From assembly GCA_035536185.1 (NCBI GenBank), contig DATLOM010000008.1, positions 32,400 to 96,399 of the forward strand: a stretch of 64,000 bases of DNA. Direction: 5' to 3'. The notes below the pieces were generated by a model. The model saw nothing but the letters and a program-made list of their open reading frames with translations, was not told the DNA's origin and did not search any database. The position numbers were made by a program, and so were the translations under genes. The stretch is from Acidimicrobiales bacterium. GTDB lineage: Bacteria > Actinomycetota > Acidimicrobiia > Acidimicrobiales > GCA-2861595. Positions 44,507 to 53,606 of the stretch are shown here, piece by piece; the stretch's first letter is position 1; every line of letters starts with the position of its first letter.

Positions 44507-45510
44507 AGGCCCGAGCTCTCGTCCACCTCTGCCGGTGCTGCGCCTTCCGGGGGCAGCGCCGGCGGGGGCGGCGAGCCGGCATCGCTGGACGTGCTGACCA
44601 CGACCGTCTGGCCAGGACCCCGCACTCCCTCTCTGCGCAGCCGGTCGGTGATCCGGCCTCGGAGCTCCCGTGCCACCGCGTACTGCTGACGCGGGGCGGT
44701 CTTGACCACCAGGCGGATGGTCACTCCGTCCGCACCCATGGCTTGGACACCCCACACCTCGGGCGGTTCCAGGACGAACTCCCGCCAGGTCTCCTCCTCG
44801 GAGAAGGCCGCGGCGACCTCTTTCAGCGATCGGGTGACCAAAGCCACGTCGTTGTCGTAGGCGACCAGGACGTCGATCAGGGCCCTCGACCACTCCATCG
44901 AGCTGTTGCCCACCTGCTTGATCTCGCTGTTGGGAATGAACCAGACCGTGCCGTCGGTGGACCGCAGCCGGGTCACCCTCAGGGTCAGGTCTTCCACGGT
45001 GCCCGTGACCTCGCCCAGGTTGATCACGTCACCGACCCCGTACTGGTCCTCCAGCAGGATGAACAGGCCGGACAGGAAGTCCTTCACCAGGCTCTGGGCC
45101 CCGAAGCCGATGGCGACTCCGGCGATGCCGGCTCCCGCCAGCAGCGGCGCCAGGTTGACGCCGATCTCGCCCAGGACGAGCAACGCCACCACCACGGCGA
45201 TGGCCACCCGCGCCATGCCGGCCAGGACATTGCCCACCGTGCCCATCCGCTGCTCGGCCCGCAGCGATCCACTGCGGACAGGCGAGCGGGAATGAAGCGT
45301 CTTTACGAACCGGCGGGCCGTCCGCGCCGCCAGGCGCCCGATGACAAGCCCAGCCAATATCAGTAGAAACACCCGAAAGGGACGAACGAGAACGACCTCT
45401 CCGGTGCTGGCCCCGAAGTCGCTCAAGCCGAGCTTGCGCAGCAGGTCGTAGAGATACCCGTGCTCGTTCACCGGGCCAGCCTCGCGCGCCGCACGAGCAT
45501 GCTTTGGCAC
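44503..45510 (-). CDS. Small-conductance mechanosensitive channel (MscS family)
   Basis: LLAGAGIAGVAIGFGAQSLVKDFLSG, EDQYGVGD and IPNSEI motifs. Confidence 0.92.
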   Translation of the reverse strand: MPKHARAAREAGPVNEHGYLYDLLRKLGLSDFGASTGEVVLVRPFRVFLLILAGLVIGRLAARTARRFVKTLHSRSPVRSGSLRAEQRMGTVGNVLAGMARVAIAVVVALLVLGEIGVNLAPLLAGAGIAGVAIGFGAQSLVKDFLSGLFILLEDQYGVGDVINLGEVTGTVEDLTLRVTRLRSTDGTVWFIPNSEIKQVGNSSMEWSRALIDVLVAYDNDVALVTRSLKEVAAAFSEEETWREFVLEPPEVWGVQAMGADGVTIRLVVKTAPRQQYAVARELRGRITDRLRREGVRGPGQTVVVSTSSDAGSPPPPALPPEGAAPAEVDESSGL

Positions 45511-45544
45511 GGTACCGTTGGCGCGGTGAGTGGTGAGGTTGGGG

Positions 45545-45566
45545 AGCGGTTGAATATTCGACCGCT
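45545..45566. promoter_or_regulatory. Near-perfect 22-bp palindrome in the divergent mscS/ECF intergenic region
   Basis: AGCGGTTGAAT|ATTCGACCGCT (one mismatch). Confidence 0.45.
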
Positions 45567-45596
45567 TTCGGTCGTCTTTTCTGGGGTAGGAGCGTC

Positions 45597-46088
45597 TTGG
45601 ACGCCCTGACCTCTTTCGAGGACTTCCACAGACAGAGAGCCAAGCATGCCCTTCACTACGCCCGCGCCATCCTTGGTTCAGATGCCGCCGAGGACGTCTG
45701 CCAGGAGGCCTGGTTCAAGGCGTGGCGGGCTTGGGGATCGGCTGATCCGGCCAAGCTCGACCCGTGGCTCATCGCCATCGTGCGCAACTGCTGCTTCGAG
45801 CGCCTCCGGGCGACCCGCCCCGTCTCCACTCTCGACGAGCACGATCTCGCGCCCGTCCCGCCGGCCGACGAGGTCGTGGTCGCCGCCCTCGAGCTGGCGG
45901 CCGCCTGGGTCCTGCTGCAGCGTCTCGCACCCCCCCTGCGAGAGGTGCTGTGGCTGCGCGAGGTCATGGACCTGTCGTACGAGGAGATCGCCAACGTCCA
46001 GCAGGTCCCCAAGGGGACGGTGATGTCTCGCCTCCATACCGCCCGTAAGAAGGCGGTCCGCCTGCTGGGTGAACGGAACGCACCGTGA
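45597..46088 (+). CDS. ECF (sigma-24 type) RNA polymerase sigma factor
   Basis: AEDVCQEAWFKAW, WLIAIVRNCC, LSYEEIA and GTVMSRLHTARKK motifs. Confidence 0.9.
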   Translation: MDALTSFEDFHRQRAKHALHYARAILGSDAAEDVCQEAWFKAWRAWGSADPAKLDPWLIAIVRNCCFERLRATRPVSTLDEHDLAPVPPADEVVVAALELAAAWVLLQRLAPPLREVLWLREVMDLSYEEIANVQQVPKGTVMSRLHTARKKAVRLLGERNAP

Positions 46089-47497
46089 TCCGGCGCCATC
46101 CCCACAAGTTCGCCATCGCCGCCTGGTTCGACGGCGAAGGCTCCGAGAGCGTCGGCGGCCATGTCGCCCGCTGCGGCCGCTGCCGGCGTCACGCCGCTGA
46201 GCTGGCCCGTGTGAGGTCATGGCTACGGGCTCAGCCTTTCGTCGCCATGACCGACGACGTAGACGAGCCTGGCCGGTCGAAGCACCGCTGGCGGCCGGTG
46301 ATGGTCGTGGCCCTGCTGCTGTTCGCCTACCTGATCGCCCCCAGCCGGGACGACGGCAACCTCGGTCGCTCCCCCCGTGGCCCGATGGGTGCCTTGGGCG
46401 GTGGCGGCCCGGAATCCGGGTCTCCCCCGCCGCCGGCGGCCGATGAGCCGGGCGACCCCGGCGCCTCCGGTACCCCCGAGGGCGACGCGCCCGCCCCACC
46501 CGCCGCTACCCGCAGCGCCAGCGGTCCCACCGCCGACAACGAGGTCGCCGCCGGGGTGGTCCGCCGCTCCGCCGCCAACTCACCGCTCACGCTCGGCCTG
46601 ATCGTCCCCACGTCGGGGCCTCTGGGCCGTGAGGGCGTCGAGGTCCGCGAGGTGGTCCAGCGCCGGGTTCAGGCCGCGAACGCGTCGGGCGGTGTGGCGG
46701 GTCTGCCCGTCGAGCTGGTCGTCGCCTCCGCTGAGGACCCCAAGGCCATCGGGGCCATGGCCGGTGCGGTCGACGCCATCGTCGGTGGCTTCGGCGCCGA
46801 CGTCACGACGGCGACTCCGTGGATCTTCCCCGCCGACCCATTGGTCGCGGGAACGAACGTGGTTCCCGCCGAAGCTCCGGCCCGGGCCGTCGGGGCCCAG
46901 CTGGCCGCCGAGCTCAGGGACCAGGGGCCGTTCGGCCTGGTGGGGGTGGTCGTCGGAACGGGCCCCGACTCGGCCATGGCCGCCGGCCTGGCGTCCAAGG
47001 CCAGCGTCACCACCGTGACGGCGAAGAAGAACACCTCGTGCCTGGGTGAGATCGCCACCTTGCGCCGCTCGGGGGCCATGATCCTCGCCGTGGCCGGCGA
47101 CAGCGATCTCGCCGCCAACTGCATCCGTGCCGCGGCCCGCTCACCCTGGCACGCACGCCTGGGGCCGCTCGTCGCTCCCTCTGCCGCCTACGCCGGCGTC
47201 GCCTCGCTTCCCGAGGCCACCGGTGCCCGCACGGTGCTCGCCCTGCCGTGGCCCACGTCGTCGGCCCCAGGCGCAGCCCGCTTCCGGGCCACCACCAGCT
47301 CCGAGTCCTACCGGGCCCTCGTCTCCTATGCCGCCACCGAGCTGGCCATCGACGTGGCCCGCCAGACCGGCACCGTGTCGCCGGCTTCGATGGCCGGTCG
47401 CACCTGGCACAGCGACCTGGTCGAGCTGAACGGTGTCGTGAACAGGCCGGGCAGCATCGCCTCGGCCCTGTTCGGAGCCTGGATCGCCTCTCCCTAG
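46085..47497 (+). CDS. Zinc-finger anti-sigma factor fused to an extracytoplasmic type I periplasmic-binding-protein-like domain
   Basis: ZAS motif HVARCGRC, one TM helix, Pro-rich linker, then LGLIVPTSGPL...NASGGVAGLPVELVV (Leu/Ile/Val-binding-protein-like start). Overlaps the sigma stop. Confidence 0.7.
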   Translation: MIRRHPHKFAIAAWFDGEGSESVGGHVARCGRCRRHAAELARVRSWLRAQPFVAMTDDVDEPGRSKHRWRPVMVVALLLFAYLIAPSRDDGNLGRSPRGPMGALGGGGPESGSPPPPAADEPGDPGASGTPEGDAPAPPAATRSASGPTADNEVAAGVVRRSAANSPLTLGLIVPTSGPLGREGVEVREVVQRRVQAANASGGVAGLPVELVVASAEDPKAIGAMAGAVDAIVGGFGADVTTATPWIFPADPLVAGTNVVPAEAPARAVGAQLAAELRDQGPFGLVGVVVGTGPDSAMAAGLASKASVTTVTAKKNTSCLGEIATLRRSGAMILAVAGDSDLAANCIRAAARSPWHARLGPLVAPSAAYAGVASLPEATGARTVLALPWPTSSAPGAARFRATTSSESYRALVSYAATELAIDVARQTGTVSPASMAGRTWHSDLVELNGVVNRPGSIASALFGAWIASP

Positions 47498-47588
47498 CAT
47501 CGGGGACCGGCGCCGGCGCCGGTCGCCGAGCGGGTCAGGCCCCGGTCAGGCCGGGAAGCCAAGCGGTCCGTTGCGGTAGACAGAAGCC

Positions 47589-49973
47589 ATGATCGGTGAC
47601 GCCCTGGACGGCGCGCGCATCGCCATCACCGGCGCCACCGGCTTCCTCGGCACCGCCCTGGTCGAACGCCTCTTGCGGTGCGTGCCGGGCTGCCAGCTGG
47701 TGCTGCTCATCCGTCCCGGCCGGCGTACACCGGCCGCCGAGCGGGCCAGGCGAGAGGTTTTCCGCAACGACTGCTTCGACCGGCTGCGAGCCGAGCACGG
47801 AGAGAACTTCGACGCCGAGATCAAGCGCCGGGTCGTGGTCGTGGGTGGCGACGTGGCCACCGACGGGCTGGGGCTCGACGACGAGGGGCGCTCGCAGATC
47901 GCCGCCTGTGACGTCGTGATCCACGTCGCCGCCGCCGTCAGCTTCGACTCACCGCTCGACGCCGCCGTCGAGGTCAACCTCCTCGGCCCCGCCCGCGTAG
48001 CCGGCGCCATCGCCGCCACCGGGTCCAAGGCCCATCTCGTGGCCGTGTCCACCGCCTACGTCGCCGGCACCAGACGGGGCCGTTCGCCCGAGGCCCTGCT
48101 GGCCGATACGCCCTTCGCGTCGGAGGTGAGCTGGCAGGGCGAGGTGGACGCCGCCCGGCGCGCCCGGGGCGACGCCGACGCGGCCAGCCGCGCACCGAAG
48201 CGCCTGGCCGGCTTCGCCAAGAAGGCGCGGAGCGAACTGGGTGCCGCGGGATCGCCGCTGTTGGCCGAGAAGCTGGAGAAGCTGCGCGTGGCGTGGGTGA
48301 CCGACACCATGGTCGAAGCCGGGCGGGCCCGGGCCAAGGGCCTCGGCTGGCCCGACGTGTACGCCTACACCAAGGCGCTGGGCGAACGGGCTCTCCAGGA
48401 CGCCTGCACCGAGGGTGGCGTGGCCTTCACCATCGTGCGCCCGTCGATCATCGAGTCCGCCCTCTCGGAGCCGAAAGCCGGGTGGATCCGGGGGTTCCGG
48501 ATGGCCGAGCCCGTGATCATCTCCTACGGGAGGGGGCTGCTGAAGCAGTTCCCTGGGATCCCGGAGGGCGTGGTCGACGTGATCCCTGTCGACCTCGTCG
48601 TGGCCATATTGATCGCCGTGGCCGCCCGCGGCCCTGCGCCGGAGGGCCCCGACGTCTTCCAGGTGGCTTCCGGCGAGCGCAATCCTCTCCGCTACCGCCG
48701 GCTCGTCAACCTCGTGCACACCTGGTTCCGGGAGAACCCGCTGGACGACACCTCGGGCCCGCCGATAGTCGTGCCCGAGTGGTCCGTCCCCGCCCGCGGG
48801 CGGGTGCCGCGCCAGCTGGTCCGCGCCACCCGGGCCCTCTCTGCGGCCGAGCGGGTCGTCGGTGCCCTTCCCATCCGCGGCCGCCAGGCCGAGCTGTCCT
48901 CCAAGTTCGAAGAGCGACGATCAGAGGCCGAGCGGGCGCTGGGTTACGTCCAGCTCTACGGCGCCTACGCCGAGACAGAGGCCGTCTTCGCCGTCGACCG
49001 CCTCGTCGCTCTGTGGGAGTCCCAGTCCCCCGAGGACCAGGCCATGTTCGGGTTCGACCCGGCCGTCATCGACTGGGCCCACTACGTGCGCAACGTGCAC
49101 CTGCCCTCCATCGTGTCCAACTCGCGGGTCCGCACCACGGCCGGCCGCAAGACCACCGCCACCCGCCAGGAGCGGGGCCGCAAGGCGGTACTCGCCCCGG
49201 CCCGCCACATGGCCGCCTTCGACCTGGAGAACACCCTCATCGCCTCCAACGTGGTCGAGTCGTACGCCTGGCTGGCCACCCGCCACCTGCCGGTGGACGA
49301 GCGGGTGCAGTTCAGCCTGCGCACCCTGCGCGAAGGTCCCTCCCTTCTCGCCCTGGACCGCCGGGACCGGGGCGACTTCCTGCGCCACTTCTACCGTCGC
49401 TACGAGGGGGCGTCGGCCGAGCAGCTGTTCACCGACTCCTGGGAGATGTTCAGCTCGCTGATCCTGGCCCGCTCCTTTCCCGCCGGGATCCGCCGTATCC
49501 GTGAGCACCGGGCGCTGGGCCACCGCACCGTCCTGATCACCGGGGCCCTCGACTTCGTGGTCGCTCCCCTGCGCCCGCGGTTCGACGACATCGTGTGCGC
49601 CAGCCTCGGCCAGGATGCCGACGGGCGCCTGACCGGCGAGCTGCTGGCCGGCCCGCCCACGGGCGAGGCCCGCACCCTGGTCATGGCCGCCTATGCCGAA
49701 GCCGAGGGGCTGCGGCTGGAGGAATCGGTGGCCTACGCCGACTCCGCTTCGGACCTGCCGATGCTCGAGGCCGTCGGGTTCCCCGTGGCCGTCAACCCCG
49801 AGGCCAAGCTGGCCACCATCGCCCGCAAGCGGGGCTGGCACGTGGAACACTGGGCCTCGGCTCCGGGCTTCGCCAAGCAGCGGCTGCCGATCGGGCCCCT
49901 TCTCCGCCCGGGGGCCAACAGCCGGCGCACGTCGCCCGTCCTGCACTCGGGCAACGCCGGAGGCGAACGTTGA
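47589..49973 (+). CDS. Fatty acyl-CoA reductase (male-sterility extended SDR) fused to a HAD-IB hydrolase
   Basis: TGATGFLG, HVAAAVSFD, VSTAYV, YAYTKALGE and VRPSII in the N-terminal part. AFDLENTL, LITGA and AYADSASDLPML in the C-terminal part. Confidence 0.85.
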   Translation: MIGDALDGARIAITGATGFLGTALVERLLRCVPGCQLVLLIRPGRRTPAAERARREVFRNDCFDRLRAEHGENFDAEIKRRVVVVGGDVATDGLGLDDEGRSQIAACDVVIHVAAAVSFDSPLDAAVEVNLLGPARVAGAIAATGSKAHLVAVSTAYVAGTRRGRSPEALLADTPFASEVSWQGEVDAARRARGDADAASRAPKRLAGFAKKARSELGAAGSPLLAEKLEKLRVAWVTDTMVEAGRARAKGLGWPDVYAYTKALGERALQDACTEGGVAFTIVRPSIIESALSEPKAGWIRGFRMAEPVIISYGRGLLKQFPGIPEGVVDVIPVDLVVAILIAVAARGPAPEGPDVFQVASGERNPLRYRRLVNLVHTWFRENPLDDTSGPPIVVPEWSVPARGRVPRQLVRATRALSAAERVVGALPIRGRQAELSSKFEERRSEAERALGYVQLYGAYAETEAVFAVDRLVALWESQSPEDQAMFGFDPAVIDWAHYVRNVHLPSIVSNSRVRTTAGRKTTATRQERGRKAVLAPARHMAAFDLENTLIASNVVESYAWLATRHLPVDERVQFSLRTLREGPSLLALDRRDRGDFLRHFYRRYEGASAEQLFTDSWEMFSSLILARSFPAGIRRIREHRALGHRTVLITGALDFVVAPLRPRFDDIVCASLGQDADGRLTGELLAGPPTGEARTLVMAAYAEAEGLRLEESVAYADSASDLPMLEAVGFPVAVNPEAKLATIARKRGWHVEHWASAPGFAKQRLPIGPLLRPGANSRRTSPVLHSGNAGGER

Positions 49974-51139
49974 GGGCGCTGCTGTTCGAGCGCTCCCTTC
50001 CCCGCTTCGCCGCGGCCAAGCTGGCGTCCGCCGTCGCCGCCGGCCGTGGAGCCCGCGTCGGGCCGCTCCGGCTGGCCGAGGTGGAACCGCCGGCGCTTCC
50101 CGGCCCGGGATGGCACCGCCTCACTCCCCGCCTGGCCGGGATCTGCGGGTCCGACCTGGCCACGGTCGACGCCCGCAGCAGTCGCTGGTTCGAGCCCATC
50201 GTCAGCTTCCCGTTCGTGCCCGGTCACGAGGTGGTGGGTGACCTGGAGGACGGCCGGCGGGTCGTGCTCGAGCCGGTGCTCTCCTGCGCGGCCCGAAACA
50301 TCGTGCCGCCCTGCCCCGGCTGCGCCCGGGGCGACAACGGCTGCTGTGAGCGGATCGCCTTCGGGTGCCTGCAGCCCGGTCTCCAGACCGGCTACTGCGC
50401 CGACACCGGTGGTGGGTGGTCCGCCGCCCTGGTGGCCCACGAGAGCCAGCTCCACGAAGTGCCGGAGGACACGAGCGACGAGGCCGCGGTCATGGTCGAG
50501 CCGGCGGCCTGCGCCGTCCACGCCGTGCAGGCGGCGGCCATCACCGACACCGACACCGTCGTCGTGCTCGGTGCCGGCACCCTCGGCCTGTGCACCGTCG
50601 CCGCCGTTCGCCATCTCGCCAGTCCCGGCGCCGTGATAGCCAGCGCCAAGCACCCCGAGCAGCGCCGCTTGGCCGTGGAGCTGGGTGCCGGCGCCGTGGC
50701 CGCCCCCTCCGAGGTGCGCCGGGCCGTTCGCCGCCAGACGCGGTCGCTGGCCATGGACGGCCGCCTCACCGGCGGCGCCGACATCGTCATCGACTGCGTC
50801 GGCAGCGAGTCGTCGCTCGCCGATGCCCTCGCCGTCGTCCGCCCCCGCGGGACCGTGGTGCTCGTGGGAATGCCCGGACCGGTGAACGTCGACCTCACTC
50901 CCCTGTGGCAACGGGAGATCCGCCTCGTGGGCTCCTACGCCTACCGCCACTCCACCTTCGCCACGGCCTTCGAGCTGGTGGCCTCGGCGAAGCTCGAGCG
51001 CCTGGTCTCGGCGGTCTACCCGCTGGAGGAGTGGCGGGACGCCCTCGACCACGCCGTGCACTCCGGACCGCGAGGCGCGGTGAAGATCGCTTTCGACCTC
51101 CGCCTCCGCCCCCCCAGAAAGGCCGTTTCAACCTCCTAA
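49970..51139 (+). CDS. Zinc-dependent medium-chain dehydrogenase
   Basis: TTG 49970 overlapping the upstream stop. GICGSD, GHE, structural Cys cluster C..CPGC..C, EPAAC and GAGTLG. Confidence 0.87.
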   Translation: MRALLFERSLPRFAAAKLASAVAAGRGARVGPLRLAEVEPPALPGPGWHRLTPRLAGICGSDLATVDARSSRWFEPIVSFPFVPGHEVVGDLEDGRRVVLEPVLSCAARNIVPPCPGCARGDNGCCERIAFGCLQPGLQTGYCADTGGGWSAALVAHESQLHEVPEDTSDEAAVMVEPAACAVHAVQAAAITDTDTVVVLGAGTLGLCTVAAVRHLASPGAVIASAKHPEQRRLAVELGAGAVAAPSEVRRAVRRQTRSLAMDGRLTGGADIVIDCVGSESSLADALAVVRPRGTVVLVGMPGPVNVDLTPLWQREIRLVGSYAYRHSTFATAFELVASAKLERLVSAVYPLEEWRDALDHAVHSGPRGAVKIAFDLRLRPPRKAVSTS

Positions 51140-52725
51140 TGTCCAGGCCCGGGTTCGTCCTCGACGTGGATCGGTCCACGCCCCCACTGCTGTTCTGGCA
51201 CGGTGAGAAGTTCAAGATGGAGCGGCTGCCGGCCGGGTCCAGGGTGATCTACCCGCCTGAGCCGGTGAAGGCGCTGGATGATCCCGACGCCGCCATCCGC
51301 CACGCCCTGCTCAACCCCACCGGCGACAGCGCACCCCTGCCGGTGCTGCTGAAGCCCGGGATGCGCCTCACCATCTGCTTCGACGACGTTTCGCTCCCGC
51401 TGCCGCCCATGCGGCGCCCCGACGTGCGCCAGCGGGTGATCGAGGCCGTCCTCGACCTGGCCGCCGATGCCGGCGTGGACGACGTCGTCCTCATCGCCGC
51501 CCTCGCCCTCCACCGGCGCATGACCGAAGCCGAGCTGCGCCACGCCCTCGGCGACCGCGTCTACGACGCCTTCGCCCCCTCCGGCCACCTCACCCAGCTC
51601 GACGCCGAGGACCCCGAGGCGATGATGCACCTCGGCACCACCGATCGCGGCGAGGACGTGGAGATCAGCAAGCGGGCGGCCACCAGCGACCTCATCGTGT
51701 ACGTCAACATCAACCTGGTGGCCATGGACGGGGGCCACAAGAGCGTGGCCACCGGCCTCGCCTCCTACCGGTCGCTCAAGCACCACCACAACGTGGCCAC
51801 CATGTTGAAGAGCAAGTCCTTCATGGACCAGCACCACTCCGAGCTGCACTCGAGCAACTGGCGGATGGGCCGCCACATCGCCGCCTCCGGGATCAAGATC
51901 TTCCAGATCGAGACCACCCTCAACACCGACACCTTCCCCGAGCAGTTCTCCTTCCTGCAGCGCCGGGAATGGGAGTGGGGGGCCAAGGACCGGGCGACCT
52001 TCCTCGGCGTCAGCCGAGCCCTGGACCGCACGCCCGCCCGCCTGGCCCGGTCCATCTTCCACGGGATCAAGTCGCCCCACCAGATGGCCAGTGTCCAGGC
52101 CGGCGAGGTGGAGGCCGTTCACAAGCTGACCACCGAGAACCTCTACCGCCAGCAGCTGGTGGAGGTGCAGGGCCAGACCGACGTGCTGATGATGGGCCTG
52201 CCCTACATCAGCCCGTACAACGTGAACTCGATCATGAACCCGATCCTGGTGGCCTGCCTGGGCCTCGGCTACTTCTTCAACCTCTACCGGGGAAAGCCGC
52301 TCGTTCGGGAAGGCGGCGTGCTGATCCTGCGCCACCCGACACCGTGGGCCTTCCACCCGGTGCACCACCCCAGCTACATCGACTTCTTCGAGGAGGTGCT
52401 GGCCGAGACGACCGATCCCCTCAAGATCGAAGCCGACTTCGAGGAGCGTTTCGCCACCGACCCCTGGTACATCCACCTCTACCGCACGAGCTACGCCTAC
52501 CACGGCGTCCACCCCTTCTACATGTGGTACTGGTGCGCCCACGCCCTGTCCCATCTGGGTGGAGTCATCGTGGTCGGGGGCGACGTGAAAGCCGTGCGCC
52601 GCATGGGCTTCAAGCCGGCATCCACGATGCAGGACGCCCTGGAGATGGCCGGCGACGTGGTGGGACGGGACCCGTCGATCACCTACCTGCACGCCCCGCC
52701 GCTGCTCATGGCCGACGTGAAGTGA
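51139..52725 (+). CDS. Lactate racemase (LarA/DUF2088) domain protein
   Basis: ATG 51139 overlapping TAA. ICFDDVSLP, ALALHRRMT and DGGHKSVATG align with LarA N-terminal motifs. Confidence 0.75.
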   Translation: MSRPGFVLDVDRSTPPLLFWHGEKFKMERLPAGSRVIYPPEPVKALDDPDAAIRHALLNPTGDSAPLPVLLKPGMRLTICFDDVSLPLPPMRRPDVRQRVIEAVLDLAADAGVDDVVLIAALALHRRMTEAELRHALGDRVYDAFAPSGHLTQLDAEDPEAMMHLGTTDRGEDVEISKRAATSDLIVYVNINLVAMDGGHKSVATGLASYRSLKHHHNVATMLKSKSFMDQHHSELHSSNWRMGRHIAASGIKIFQIETTLNTDTFPEQFSFLQRREWEWGAKDRATFLGVSRALDRTPARLARSIFHGIKSPHQMASVQAGEVEAVHKLTTENLYRQQLVEVQGQTDVLMMGLPYISPYNVNSIMNPILVACLGLGYFFNLYRGKPLVREGGVLILRHPTPWAFHPVHHPSYIDFFEEVLAETTDPLKIEADFEERFATDPWYIHLYRTSYAYHGVHPFYMWYWCAHALSHLGGVIVVGGDVKAVRRMGFKPASTMQDALEMAGDVVGRDPSITYLHAPPLLMADVK

Positions 52726-53606
52726 GGCCGCTCCCGTTCCCGTTCACCGCTCCTACGTGGCCGCGGCAGATCCCCAAGCCGCCGCCGGTGCGGAACACCG
52801 GGGTCGATTACGACACGGCCTGGGCTCGCACGTACCCGGCCCGCTTCGCCCGGGCCCTCATCCTCGACGGCGTCACCCGGCCACTGGTGCACGCCCTGGC
52901 CGCGCCCAAGGTGGAGGGGCTGGACCGGATAGAGGCGATCCCCACCCCCGTCATCTTCGCCGTCAACCACAACAGCCACATCGACACGCCACTGGTGATG
53001 ACGTCGCTGCCCGAGAGGTTCCGCCACCGCACCGCCGTCGCCGCCGGCGCCGACTACTTCTTCGACAAGCGGGCCAAGGGTGCCGTCTGGGCCCTGTCCA
53101 TCAACGCCATCCCGATCGAGCGGGTCCGCGTCAGCCCCCAGTCGACCCGCCTGGCCACCGAGCTGCTCCGTGACGACTGGAGCCTCATCATCTTTCCCGA
53201 GGGTGGCCGCAGCCCCGACGGCTGGGGCCAGGCACACCGGGCCGGCGCCGGCTACCTATCGGTTCGCACCGGCATCCCCGTCGTGCCCGTTCATCTGGAG
53301 GGGACGAGGCGCATCCTCAAGAAGGGCGGCACCGGTGTCCGCCCGTCGTCCACCCGCGTAACCTTCGGTCATCCCCTGACTCCGGCCGAAGGTGAGGACG
53401 CCCGGGCCCTGGCCACCCGCATCGAGAACGCCATCTCCGTGCTGGCCGACGAGCAGGCCCATGGCTGGTGGGCGGCCCGCCAGCGGGCGGCCAGCGGCGC
53501 CACCCCCGCCCTGACCGGCCCCACCGGCCCCAGCTGGCGCCGCACCTGGGCCTTGAGCGAAGGCCGGCGCCGCACCACCCGCGAACACCGCTGGCCGCCC
53601 TCCTGA
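52722..53606 (+). CDS. Lysophospholipid/glycerolipid acyltransferase (PlsC family)
   Basis: NHNSHID (HX4D) and FPEGGRS motifs. GTGA overlap with the upstream stop. Confidence 0.9.
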   Translation: MRPLPFPFTAPTWPRQIPKPPPVRNTGVDYDTAWARTYPARFARALILDGVTRPLVHALAAPKVEGLDRIEAIPTPVIFAVNHNSHIDTPLVMTSLPERFRHRTAVAAGADYFFDKRAKGAVWALSINAIPIERVRVSPQSTRLATELLRDDWSLIIFPEGGRSPDGWGQAHRAGAGYLSVRTGIPVVPVHLEGTRRILKKGGTGVRPSSTRVTFGHPLTPAEGEDARALATRIENAISVLADEQAHGWWAARQRAASGATPALTGPTGPSWRRTWALSEGRRRTTREHRWPPS

